NCBI GenBank assembly: GCA_963849325.1
Contig: CAWKHF010000010.1
Coordinates: forward strand, 288,001-352,000
DNA from: an uncultured Planctomycetota bacterium
Lineage (GTDB): Bacteria > Planctomycetota > Planctomycetia > Gemmatales > Gemmataceae
Direction of reading: 5' to 3'
DNA length: 64,000 bases
Shown here one piece after another: positions 39,957 to 49,531 of the stretch (the stretch's first letter is position 1; every line of letters starts with the position of its first letter). Both the position numbers and the translations under genes were made by a program. Under the pieces are notes generated by a model. It did no database searches. It saw only the letters and a program-made list of their open reading frames with translations, and was not told where the DNA came from.

Positions 39957-40247
39957 ACCTCCTCCCCGGCGCATGCGACGGAGCAGTTCCCACATTTTGG
40001 CCTCATCCATCCCCTCACGCTGGCGGATTTCTTCCAGTTTGCGCAGATGGGCCTGCACCTGGGCCGAAGGAATACCAGGTTCCCCGGATGCTTGACGCCG
40101 CTTGCACTCGGCGATCACGTCTTCCAGAGGGGTGCCGAACCAGTCCATAAAACACATTAACCGCCCCTCTTGGTCGTAAACTTTTATGCGTTCCTTCGTT
40201 TCCGTCAAGACGCGAGTTTGCTCTTGGGTCAAAACGATGCTCGGCAT
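39953..40247 (-). CDS. Putative antitoxin, module A (appears fused in frame to toxin, probably from a 2 nt deletion)
   Basis: MPSIVLTQEQTRVL...EPGIPSAQVQAHLR; alternate frame gives AGEEV-stop, matching the paralog end AGEAI-stop. Confidence 0.55.
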
Positions 40248-40269
40248 AGCTCACCCCCTTTCGTATCCT

Positions 40270-41642
40270 TCACTCTACTCGCTCCGCATCCTCTCGGTCA
40301 ATTACCCTCTCGCGCTGGAACTGCCGTAGTGCCTCCAATCGTTGGCGAATCCGCGCCTCGTAGCCGCGATCGACCGGCTCGTAATAGCGCCGTCCTTCCG
40401 GCAAGTACGTCTGCGGCACCCAGCCCATCGGCGAATCGTGGCTGTACTGATAGCCCTCGCCGTGGCCGAGTTGCTCCGCTCCCTGATAGTGCGTGTCGCG
40501 CAGGTGCTTCGGCACCGGCAGCGTTCGCCCCGAGCGGCACGTCCTCGCGTGCCCGGCCGATGGCCAGCGTCGCGGCGTTGGACTTGGGGGCCGTGGCGAT
40601 GTAAGTGACGGCCTGGGACAGCGGTAACTGACACTCCGGCAGGCCGACGAACTCGACCGCTTGCAGCGCGGCGGCGGCCAGCACCAGCGCTTGCGGATCG
40701 GCGTTGCCCACGTCCTCGGAGGCGCAGATGACGACGCGACGAGCGATGAAGCGCGGATCTTCGCCGGCCTCCAGCATCCGCGCCAGCCAGTAGATCGCCG
40801 CGTCGGGGTCGCTGCCGCGCATGCTCTTGATGAAGGCGCTGGTCACGTCGTAATGAGCGTCGCCGGTGGCGTCGTAATCGAGCGCCTTGCGCTGGATCGA
40901 CTCCTGCGCCACCGCCAGCGTGAAGTCTACCGGCCGCTCCTCCGTCGAAAGGACGCCGACCTCCAGGGCGGTCAACGCGCGGCGGGCGTCGCCGTCGCTC
41001 ATCTCGGCGAGGAAGACGAGGGCATCGTCGCTCGGGTTCACGGGTACGCCGCCTAGGCCGCGCTCCGCGTCGGTCAGTGCCCGCAGCAGCAAGGCGCGGA
41101 TGTGTTCGCGCGTCAGCGGCTCGAAGGTGAAGATCTGACTGCGGCTCAACAGCGGCGAATTGACGGCGAAAAATGGGTTTTGCGTCGTCGTGCCCAGCAG
41201 GATGACGCGGCCCTCCTCCACGTCGGGCAGCAGCACGTCCTGCTGCGCCCGATTGAAATGGTGCAGCTCATCGACGAAGAGGATCGTCCGCCGCCCGGTC
41301 TCCTCCAGCTCGCGGCGGGCCTCTTGCAAGAACTCTCGAACCTCCTTGATCCCGGCAGCGACCGCGTTGAGCTGACGAAAGTGGCAGCGCGTCTGCCGGG
41401 CGATGACGTGGGCCAGCGACGTTTTGCCGCTGCCGGGCGGACCGTAAAAGATCACCGAGCTGAGGCGGTCGGCTTGCAGCAGGCGGCGCAGCAGCTTGCC
41501 GGGACCGAGAAAGTGCTCCTGGCCGATAAACTCGTCGAGGCTGCGCGGCCTCATGCGGACGGCCAACGGCTGGGCCCGCAGAAGGTTCGCCTCGTGGGCC
41601 GACTGAAAGAGATCGGCGGCTCGGCTTACGCGATTTACTCAT
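40270..41642 (-). CDS. rarA: Replication-associated recombination protein A (RarA/MgsA); frameshifts near 41615 and 40530
   Basis: PLAVRMRPRSLDEFIGQEH, GPPGSGKT, FVDELHHFN, TTQNP, SAFIKSMRGSDPDAA, SEDVGNADP, PKHLRD, YQYSHD. Confidence 0.9.
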
Positions 41643-41667
41643 GCTGTTCCCTCTGCTCGGGTGCCGT

Positions 41668-41756
41668 CCGAGCCGCGACCGTCCGACCCGCGACCGTCCG
41701 ACCCGCGACCGTAAGGGAGCGGAGAAGCCAACCGCTCCCTTACGGTCGCGGCTCGG
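41668..41756. repeat. REP-like palindrome (GAGCCGCGACCGTAAGGGAGCGG family) with triplicated 15 bp left arm
   Basis: CCGA(G/C)CCGCGACCGT x3, then AAGGGAGCGG...CCGCTCCCTTACGGTCGCGGCTCGG. Confidence 0.88.
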
Positions 41757-41902
41757 TTGGGTCCGCCAACGCAAAGCAGGGCTGTTCGTCGAGCCATTTG
41801 GGCACGCTTTTTGCCCTTCTCTTCACCGGACAGAGGCGGGCTGATAAAATAAGAGACGTTGCGTCTATTCGTCCCTTCCCCGTGCCGAGACCGTGCGCGT
41901 TC

Positions 41903-43525
41903 ATGTCGTCACCACCCCTCAGTCCTGGCGCCCGCCTTGGCAAATACAAGGTGCTGGCGCACGTCGCCACCGGCGGCATGGGCACGGTCTATAAAGCGTC
42001 CGACGAGGAGTTGGGCCGGGTGGTGGCCTTGAAAGTCCTCGATGCCAGCATGGCCGACAACCCCAACGCGCTGGAGCGCTTCCGCCGCGAGGCCCGTCAC
42101 GCGGCTCGGCTGACTCACAAAAACATCGTCACCCTGCACGAGTACGCTCAGGTCAACGGCGTTCATTTCCTCGTCCTGGAATACGTCGAGGGCATTGACC
42201 TTTATGACTATATCGAACGCAAGGGTCGGCTGGCGCCGGAGGAATCGCGGCGCATTCTCGTTCAGGCGGTCAAGGCGCTGGACCACGCTTATCAGCAGGG
42301 CATCACGCACCGCGACATCAAACCGTCCAACTTTCTGCTGACGCGCGACCGCGACCGCATGCGCGTCAAGCTGACGGACATGGGCCTGGCCCGCAAGGCC
42401 GACGAGGAGGAGTATCGCGTCACCCGCGCCGGCAGTACGGTCGGCACCGTCGATTATCTGTCGCCGGAGCAAGCGCGCAACAGCGCCGACGCCGACATTC
42501 GCAGCGACATCTACTCGCTCGGCTGCACGCTCTACCACATGCTGTCCGGCCAACCGCCGTTTTCGGAAGGCGGACTCGGCGAGCGCATCCTCAAGCACTT
42601 GCAGGAAGAGCCGCCCGACGTTCGCCAGTTCAACCCGCAAGTGTCCGACGAACTGTGGGCGCTGATGAAACGCATGTTGGCGAAAGAGCCGGCCGAGCGC
42701 TATCAGACGCCGACGGAACTGCTCGACGCCCTCAAGGCACTGCCGCCGCAGGCGTCGGACGGCGCGCCCATCCGCTTGCCGCGTGCGACGCCTCCGCGAA
42801 CGCCGCCGCCCTCGCCGGTGGAGAAAAGCAGCGACCCCTCCTCGTCCGCGGTACTGCCGGAGTCGCCGCCGGAGTTGAAGGAAACCGCCACGCGGCCGCG
42901 CGCCCGTCACATCGAGGACGATCCCACGTTGTTGGGCCTGTCCGCCGATCACGTCCAGGCTGCCGCCCGCCAGTACGAGCGGGCCGAGGCCGCCCGCCTC
43001 AACGGCAACGCCGATTATGCCGTGCAGCTGCTGCTGGCCTGCACCAAGTTCGATCCGGTCAGCATCGTCTATCGACAGGCGCTCCGCGATGTTCGGCAAG
43101 CGGCCGGCGCCGGTCGCGGGCTGGGAGGCTGGCTGGCCTCGCTGAGTACGCTGACGACCCGCGCCCGCCTCAACGCCGCCAAGCGCGTCGGTCAGTATCG
43201 CAAGGTGCTCGAGGACGGCGAGGCGGTGCTGGTGCGGCACCCCGGCGACCTCAAAACGCAGATGGCCATGTCCGAGGCCGCCGAGAAGTTGGGACTGGTC
43301 CATCTCGCGTCGTGGATGCTGGAGGAAATCCGCCGCCAGCATCCCAATCACCTCCCCGCCCACCGCGCCCTGGCCAACATTTACGAGAAGGGGCAGCAGT
43401 ACAGTGACGCCATCGCCGCGTGGGAGCTGGTGCGCAAAATCTCCCCTCACGACGGTGAGGCGCTCCGCAAGATCCAGGATCTCGCCGCCAACGATACGAT
43501 TGCGCGAGGCAATTACCGCCGTTAG
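41903..43525 (+). CDS. Ser/Thr protein kinase with Pro-rich linker and C-terminal TPR-like domain
   Basis: ATGGMGTVYKA, VALKVL, HRDIKPSN, DMG, GTVDYLSPEQ, SDIYSLG. Confidence 0.92.
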   Translation: MSSPPLSPGARLGKYKVLAHVATGGMGTVYKASDEELGRVVALKVLDASMADNPNALERFRREARHAARLTHKNIVTLHEYAQVNGVHFLVLEYVEGIDLYDYIERKGRLAPEESRRILVQAVKALDHAYQQGITHRDIKPSNFLLTRDRDRMRVKLTDMGLARKADEEEYRVTRAGSTVGTVDYLSPEQARNSADADIRSDIYSLGCTLYHMLSGQPPFSEGGLGERILKHLQEEPPDVRQFNPQVSDELWALMKRMLAKEPAERYQTPTELLDALKALPPQASDGAPIRLPRATPPRTPPPSPVEKSSDPSSSAVLPESPPELKETATRPRARHIEDDPTLLGLSADHVQAAARQYERAEAARLNGNADYAVQLLLACTKFDPVSIVYRQALRDVRQAAGAGRGLGGWLASLSTLTTRARLNAAKRVGQYRKVLEDGEAVLVRHPGDLKTQMAMSEAAEKLGLVHLASWMLEEIRRQHPNHLPAHRALANIYEKGQQYSDAIAAWELVRKISPHDGEALRKIQDLAANDTIARGNYRR

Positions 43526-43534
43526 CACTCCGAA

Positions 43535-44470
43535 ATGAGAACTACTCTCGTCCGACCTCTCTTCGATGGCCCCATCGACATCGTGGGCGACGTCCACGGC
43601 GAAATCGACGCCCTCGCCCTTCTGCTGCGACGCCTGGGCTACGACGAGAGCGGAGTTCATCCCGAGGGGCGAAGGTTGGTCTTCGTGGGCGATCTGGTGG
43701 ACCGCGGGCCGGACAGTCCCGCGGTGGCCGAGCAGGTCCGCCGATTGGTCGAGGACAAACGGGCGCAATGCGTGCTCGGCAACCATGAGCTGAACATTCT
43801 TCTCGGTCGCCGCAAGCCCGATAACATCTGGTTCTTTCATCATGAACTGCGGGCCGGACACCCGGCGGCGAACAGACCGCAGGTACACGCGGACGATCAA
43901 ACGCGCGAATCCATGATGCGTTTTTTCGCCAGCCTACCGCTGGCGCTGGAACGAGCGGACGTGCGCGTCGTCCATGCTTGCTGGGATGCGGCGATGATCG
44001 CTTTGGCGCGGCAGTCCGAGCGGGCCGTCGAACTGCACCACGAGTATCGCGCCCGGATCGAGGCCGACCTCCAGCGCCGAGTAGTGATCGACCCCGTTGC
44101 CATCAAGCTGGCCCGGCAGAATGACAACCCCGTCAAACTCCTGACGTCGGGTCCGGAGACGCGGACCGAGAAACCGTTCGAGGCGATGGGCCAGTTGCGT
44201 CAGGAGCGCCGCGTGGCGTGGTGGCGCGAGTACGCCGGCCCGTTGTGCGTCTTCGGCCACTACTGGCGCATCATGCTGCCGGAAGAAGAGGATGCCGAGC
44301 ACCTGTTCGATGGCATCTCCCGCAATGCGACGCTCGGTCGCGGCGACGCGATGTGTGTCGATTACTCGGTGGGTAAGCGCTTCATGGAACGCGCAAGGGC
44401 GGGGTTCGATGGCGTGTTTCAGACGCGGCTGGCGGCATTGCGGTTGCCGGAGCGCGTGCTGATCGTCTAG
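43535..44470 (+). CDS. Metallophosphoesterase (PPP/ApaH-like)
   Basis: GDVHG, GDLVDRGP, LGNHE, VHA, FGHYW. Confidence 0.9.
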   Translation: MRTTLVRPLFDGPIDIVGDVHGEIDALALLLRRLGYDESGVHPEGRRLVFVGDLVDRGPDSPAVAEQVRRLVEDKRAQCVLGNHELNILLGRRKPDNIWFFHHELRAGHPAANRPQVHADDQTRESMMRFFASLPLALERADVRVVHACWDAAMIALARQSERAVELHHEYRARIEADLQRRVVIDPVAIKLARQNDNPVKLLTSGPETRTEKPFEAMGQLRQERRVAWWREYAGPLCVFGHYWRIMLPEEEDAEHLFDGISRNATLGRGDAMCVDYSVGKRFMERARAGFDGVFQTRLAALRLPERVLIV

Positions 44471-44693
44471 GGTGGCGAGCAACTGCCGCTCATCGAAGGA
44501 TGACTCCTCTCGAATCGGCTCCGATCAACTGCACTCAGATCGTCCTTTTTAGATTTCTGAACTACCAGCTGGATTCCGCCTTCGGGAAACAGCATTACTG
44601 GTGCGATCGGGAGCCTCTTTTCTATGACTGGACCGAGTAATACTTTTACTACCGAAAAAGTTATCTAGCATCTCTTCCTCGTGGATGCCTGCG

Positions 44694-45074
44694 TTACGCA
44701 GGGGGCGTCTCTGGCGGTGGCGGAGGAGTTATGGCATTGATCTTGTCGAGGATTTGAAGCATTTGACGGTCAGGCACCATCCCTCCGTAACTTTGTATTT
44801 TCGACACGGGACTGGTGAAAACCCAGGTGCAAATCGCCACGGACGGCTTGTTCAGTCGGGTTCCCGTTTGCCCTTGCGCATGCCAGGGCAACGCCACTTG
44901 CATCTCAGCGGGCGCGGCATTCATGCTGCCCGTGATGGCGACGAGGACCACATTACCGTCAGGCCGAATCTCCTCGGTCGGCGTGACGATAACGGCCGGT
45001 CGGCACTTCGGGTTGCGATTCTGGGGGTCAAGGACTTCCACCCGGACGATCCGACCACGGCACAAGTGGGGCAC
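44694..45074 (-). CDS. PemK/MazF-like toxin
   Basis: RGRIVRV..DPQNRNPKCRPAVIVT, LVAITG, TRLNKPSVAICTW. Confidence 0.75.
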   Translation of the reverse strand: MPHLCRGRIVRVEVLDPQNRNPKCRPAVIVTPTEEIRPDGNVVLVAITGSMNAAPAEMQVALPWHAQGQTGTRLNKPSVAICTWVFTSPVSKIQSYGGMVPDRQMLQILDKINAITPPPPPETPPA

Positions 45075-45083
45075 AGGTGCCTC

Positions 45084-45599
45084 CTACTCCGGGAATAGTC
45101 GCTCTTCTTCACCCTGATACCATTCGGCGGGAGGTGGGTGCGTCGAAGCGATCTGTTCGAGCCGCGATTGCGAGAGCGGATAGCATTCGACCGCCAACTT
45201 CTCCAAGTCGTCCGCGCTTTGCCAGCGGTCGAACACACGGGTTTTTAACCGTTCCATGTCCTCGATTTCCGGCGCAAGAACATCCGGGTCCGGGAGGTCC
45301 GGCCGGTCGAGCGCGGAGAGCCAGGCGGCCAGGGCGCGGGTGTGCTTGAGTTGGCTAAGCCGCGTCTCCCAAGCACTCAGCAATCTCGGACGGGCCGCTT
45401 GCACCTCGGCCGTTTGTCCCTTGGCGACGTCCAGGATGATGCGTCGCCAGGCATTCTCGAACGCGCGAGCCGACCCTTTCATGCCCTCCACGGCCCCGCC
45501 TACCTCGCGGACCATGACACGCATGAGATCCTCAATGTTTTCGAGGCTCCCCACGACGGGAGAGGCGGCCTCCAGTTCCGGCAAGAGGTCTTCAGGCAT
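45084..45599 (-). CDS. Hypothetical helical protein, putative antitoxin of downstream MazF-like toxin
   Basis: AGGAGG RBS; 171 aa, ends HPPPAEWYQGEEERLFPE; 9 bp gap to the toxin. Confidence 0.6.
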   Translation of the reverse strand: MPEDLLPELEAASPVVGSLENIEDLMRVMVREVGGAVEGMKGSARAFENAWRRIILDVAKGQTAEVQAARPRLLSAWETRLSQLKHTRALAAWLSALDRPDLPDPDVLAPEIEDMERLKTRVFDRWQSADDLEKLAVECYPLSQSRLEQIASTHPPPAEWYQGEEERLFPE

Positions 45600-45808
45600 T
45601 CTTATGCCTCCTTCGCCCACAATACCCGCTGCTCTACCACCAGGTTTTCTGCACGCTACCTTACCATCCTATCCGATTGCAAGCCATGCCGTGCTTCGGC
45701 GTCTCCATCCAGGGAAACGGTTCCCTTAATAAGACTCCGACAATACCTCTCCCTTACGGTCGCGACTCGGACAGCATCAGCCCTCAGCGCCGAAGATAAA
45801 TCCATAGG

Positions 45809-46780
45809 ATGAATCCGACTCTGCCCATCCGACGCTGTTGGGAGCGAGCCGTGCATCTTCCTCTTTGGTCTTGTCATGTCCTCATGGCCATCGGTGCCGC
45901 CGCGCTCGCGGCCGTCCCGCTCCCCGATGGCCACGCCATCATCCGCGGCAAGGCGGGCGGCTCGGAAATCCTCATCACCACAACAAATCGCGTGGCTGGC
46001 GCCATCCATTCGCTGACGTGGAACGGCAAGGAGTTCCTCGACAGCACCGACCACGGCCGGCAGCTGCAATCGGCGTCGAACCTCGACTGCGGCAAGCCCA
46101 TCCGCGCCGAGACGTACAACCCCACCGAGGCCGGCTCGCGCGCCGACGGCGCCGGCGAGCGATCATCCAGCAAGCTACTGCAGCTTCGTGCCGACGGCGC
46201 GGAACTACAAACGACGGTGCGAATGGCGTTCTGGCTGAGGCCCGGCGAGCGCTCCGGTGGTCATCTCGCCCGCAATGACAAGGTTCTGTCCGACCACCTT
46301 CTGACCAAGCGCGTCAACATCGGCCACCAATCGCTACCGCACGCTATCGAGTACGAGGTCACGTTCACCGTCCCGAAGGGCGAAAAGCATACCTATGCGG
46401 TCTTTGAAGCGCTCACTGGCTACATGCCGGCGGAGTTCAGCCGCTTCTGGCGATACGACGCCGCCAGCGGCGAGCTGAAACCGCTGAGCGACGGTCCCGG
46501 CGAACAGCCGTCGCCGGTGGTACTCGCCACGCCGAACGGCTCCCATGCGATGGGCGTGTACTCGCCGGATCAGCCGTCGCGCGGTTTCGAGAAGATTGGC
46601 TACGGGCGTTTTCGCTTCCCGACGGAGAAGGTGGTCAAGTGGAACTGCGTCTTCCGTGTGCGCCAGCCGGAGGGGATCAAGCCCGGCGATTATCGCTACC
46701 GCATGTTCGTGGTCGTGGGTAGTCTGGAGGATGTGCGGACGACGCTGCAAGCGCTGCACCAGGAATTCAAACGTCCCTGA
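45809..46780 (+). CDS. Hypothetical secreted beta-rich protein
   Basis: Hydrophobic leader (real start possibly 45884), AGAIHSLTWNGKEF..DHGRQLQSA, NPTEAGS; upstream of GH51. Confidence 0.65.
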   Translation: MNPTLPIRRCWERAVHLPLWSCHVLMAIGAAALAAVPLPDGHAIIRGKAGGSEILITTTNRVAGAIHSLTWNGKEFLDSTDHGRQLQSASNLDCGKPIRAETYNPTEAGSRADGAGERSSSKLLQLRADGAELQTTVRMAFWLRPGERSGGHLARNDKVLSDHLLTKRVNIGHQSLPHAIEYEVTFTVPKGEKHTYAVFEALTGYMPAEFSRFWRYDAASGELKPLSDGPGEQPSPVVLATPNGSHAMGVYSPDQPSRGFEKIGYGRFRFPTEKVVKWNCVFRVRQPEGIKPGDYRYRMFVVVGSLEDVRTTLQALHQEFKRP

Positions 46781-46812
46781 AATCGCGGCGCATTTCTCGG
46801 AGGCGGAGAGCG

Positions 46813-48414
46813 ATGACCCAAGCGAGTATGTCTCGCCGTGGAGCGGTCAAGCAAATGGCCTGCCTCGCGGCGGCAGGCGCCGTGGGAGGCACCTGTCTGC
46901 ACGGTGGGCCGCCGGGCGGGCGGAATGCGGAGATGTCTGTCACTGTGCGGCTCAATGAAGCGATCGGCACCATCAAGCCGGCGCTGTACAGCCAGTTCGC
47001 CGAGCACATCGGCGGCGTCATTTACGATGGTATCTGGGTCGGTCCCCAATCGAAGATCGCCAACACGGACGGCATCCGTCACGCCCTGGTCGAACACGTC
47101 CGCCGGTTGGGCCGCGTGGTCGTGCGCTGGCCGGGCGGCTGCTTCGCCGACAAGTACCACTGGCGCGACGGCATCGGCCCGCGCGACAAGCGGCCGCGGC
47201 GTTTTGGACGCTGGAAGGAAGTAACGGAGCCGAATCACTTCGGTAGCCATGAATTCATGCGCTTCTGCCGGCTGTGCGGCGTCGAGCCGTACTTCGCGGC
47301 CAACGTCGGCACTGGCTCGGCCGAGGAGTTTCAGCAGTGGGTCGAATACTGCAACGCTCCGGCCGGCGCGACCACCCTGGCCGACGAACGCGCGGCCAAC
47401 GGCGACGACAAGCCGTTCGGCGTCCGTTACTGGGGCGTCGGCAACGAGAGCTGGGGCTGCGGCGGGAAATTCACTCCGGAGGATTACTGTCGGGAATATC
47501 GCAAGTTTACCGAATGGGTGCCCGGCTACCGCGTGCCGCTGTACCTCATCGCCGCCGGACCCGACGGCAACAACCTCGAATGGACGCAGCGTTTCTTCCG
47601 CAAATGGACCGACTTCGCTCGGGCGCCGCTGCACGGCTGGGCGCCGCACTACTACTGCGGCACGACCGGCCACGCCCTGAAGTTTAACGACGATCAGTGG
47701 TACGAGATGCTCGACAAGGCCAACCGGATGGAGAAACTCATCGCGGACCAGTGGGCCGTCCTCGGCGAGTTCGACCGCGAGCACAAGGTCAAGCTGGTCA
47801 TTGACGAGTGGGGCTGCTGGCACCCGGCCGGCACCGAGATCAACCGCGATCACCTGTTCGAGCAGATGGGTTGCCTGCGCGACGCCCTGGTGGCGGCGCT
47901 GACGCTGGACACGTTCAATCGTCACGCCGACAAGGTGGACATGGCCAACATCGCCCAGTTGGTCAACAACCTGCACTCGCTGTTTTTGGCCGACGGCGAT
48001 CGCTTCGTGGCGACGCCGACCTTCCACGTCTTTGAGATGTACAAGGCGCATCACGGAGCGCGAGCGGTGAAGATCGATGTACAGGCGCCGGAGGTGACGT
48101 TCCGCGCCGGTGGGCAGGAGCGGAAACTGTTCCGCGTGGCCGGAGCAGCGTCGGTGCGCGAGAAGGAGATGACGTTGACACTGGTGCATACACACGTCCG
48201 CGAACCGGCCGAGGTTGTCATTCGGCTGCGTAACGGCAAGGCCGACTCCGTGCGGCAGACGATACTGACGCACGAGAAGCTGAACGCCCATAACACATTC
48301 GACAACCCCAACGTGGTAACGCCGAAAACGACGGCGGGGAAGGAATGCGGCGAGGCGGTCAGGTGCGTGCTGCCGCCGGCGTCGGTGACGCGTCTCGACG
48401 TGCGGCTGGGTTGA
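46813..48414 (+). CDS. Alpha-L-arabinofuranosidase, GH51, Tat-exported
   Basis: SRRG twin-arginine; FAEHIG..IYDGIWVG, RWPGGCFAD, WGVGNESWGCGG, IDEWG, MANIAQLVNNL, AHNTFDNP. Confidence 0.92.
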   Translation: MTQASMSRRGAVKQMACLAAAGAVGGTCLHGGPPGGRNAEMSVTVRLNEAIGTIKPALYSQFAEHIGGVIYDGIWVGPQSKIANTDGIRHALVEHVRRLGRVVVRWPGGCFADKYHWRDGIGPRDKRPRRFGRWKEVTEPNHFGSHEFMRFCRLCGVEPYFAANVGTGSAEEFQQWVEYCNAPAGATTLADERAANGDDKPFGVRYWGVGNESWGCGGKFTPEDYCREYRKFTEWVPGYRVPLYLIAAGPDGNNLEWTQRFFRKWTDFARAPLHGWAPHYYCGTTGHALKFNDDQWYEMLDKANRMEKLIADQWAVLGEFDREHKVKLVIDEWGCWHPAGTEINRDHLFEQMGCLRDALVAALTLDTFNRHADKVDMANIAQLVNNLHSLFLADGDRFVATPTFHVFEMYKAHHGARAVKIDVQAPEVTFRAGGQERKLFRVAGAASVREKEMTLTLVHTHVREPAEVVIRLRNGKADSVRQTILTHEKLNAHNTFDNPNVVTPKTTAGKECGEAVRCVLPPASVTRLDVRLG

Positions 48415-48457
48415 CCGCCGCTTACGGTTTCGGGCTGCGCGACTATGGAGGAAGACA

Positions 48458-48676
48458 ATGGCAAGTAATATTCAGTATGAGATTATCCTGTATTGGAGCA
48501 AGACCGACCAGGCATTCCTCGCCGAAGTGCCGGAACTGCCCGGCTGCGCCGCCGATGGCGCAACGTATCAGGAAGCGCTGGCGAACGTCGAACTCATCAT
48601 CCAAGAATGGATGCAGACGGCGCGACAGTTGGGCCGATCCATCCCCGAGCCGCGCGGGAGATTAATATACGCCTGA
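48458..48676 (+). CDS. HicB family antitoxin-like protein
   Basis: YEIILYWS..AFLAEVPELPGCAADGATYQEAL...IPEPRGRL. Confidence 0.85.
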   Translation: MASNIQYEIILYWSKTDQAFLAEVPELPGCAADGATYQEALANVELIIQEWMQTARQLGRSIPEPRGRLIYA

Positions 48677-48687
48677 TCGGCATTTAT

Positions 48688-49377
48688 TTACCTGAGCAGA
48701 ACCGCCAGCGCGAGCGCCGCCGTCTCCACGCGCAGGATACGCGGTCCCAGATCCAGCAAGCGCCAGCCCGCCGTGCGCGCCAACTCGATCTCCTCGTCCG
48801 TAAACCCACCCTCCGGCCCGACCGCCACCACCGTATCGCTCCTCATCGCGTCCTCCAGCTTGCCTTCGCCCCCCGGATGGCCCAGGATACGGCGCTGCGG
48901 CAATTCCGCCGATCGACAAAACGCGGACCACTCGACCATCGGCCGCACTTGCAGCAGCGCGTTACGACCACACTGCTTGCTCGCCTCGATGACGTGACGC
49001 TGCAGCTTGTCCAGCTTCGTCTCGCGCGGATGGACCACGCTGCGGGCGGTCTGCAAGGGGATGAACGACGTGACACCCAGTTCGGTCAGCTTTTCCAGGA
49101 GGAACTGCGCCCGGTCGCCGCGCGGCAACGGCGCGGCGATCTCCAGGCGATAAGGCAGTTCGCGGGCCGGACTCTCGACGGCGAACACGTCCAGCGTCAC
49201 GCTGCGCCGGTCGGCCTCTTCGACGCGGGCGGGGTACTGACGGCCGTCGCCGTTGAACAGGCAGACGGCGTCGCCGCGGCGCACGCGGCAAACCACGGCG
49301 AGGTGATGCGCCTCCGGACCCTGGAGCACCACCGGACCCGGCTTCAGTTCACAATTGACGTAGAATCGCTCGGCCAT
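48688..49377 (-). CDS. rsmE: 16S rRNA (uracil1498-N3) methyltransferase
   Basis: HHLAVVCR, EKLTELGV, EASKQCGR, VGPEGGF, LGPRILRVETA. Confidence 0.93.
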   Translation of the reverse strand: MAERFYVNCELKPGPVVLQGPEAHHLAVVCRVRRGDAVCLFNGDGRQYPARVEEADRRSVTLDVFAVESPARELPYRLEIAAPLPRGDRAQFLLEKLTELGVTSFIPLQTARSVVHPRETKLDKLQRHVIEASKQCGRNALLQVRPMVEWSAFCRSAELPQRRILGHPGGEGKLEDAMRSDTVVAVGPEGGFTDEEIELARTAGWRLLDLGPRILRVETAALALAVLLR

Positions 49378-49531
49378 CCTTGCTATGTCTCGCCGCGCCT
49401 GTCCACCGCTTGTCGGTTCGCCCCGTCAGCTTACCAAGCTGACTCCGGATGGGACAATCGAAAACGAGGATGCCCCGAATGGGAATCGCCGCATCCTTTC
49501 GCGTGGATCTCTCGGGGGAAAGGGACGCGCC

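Noticed and set aside
41102-41902. N-terminal extension of the kinase ORF (807 aa version)
   Set aside because: It overlaps rarA antisense and runs through a REP element; the real start is most likely ATG 41903.
36178-44470. In-frame TAG codons at 36178 (SDR) and 44468 (phosphoesterase tail) as amber recoding or pyrrolysine
   Set aside because: Many genes here end normally at TAG (2292, 32762, 39114, 43525), no pyl genes are seen, and the 36178 site lies in an error-dense stretch.
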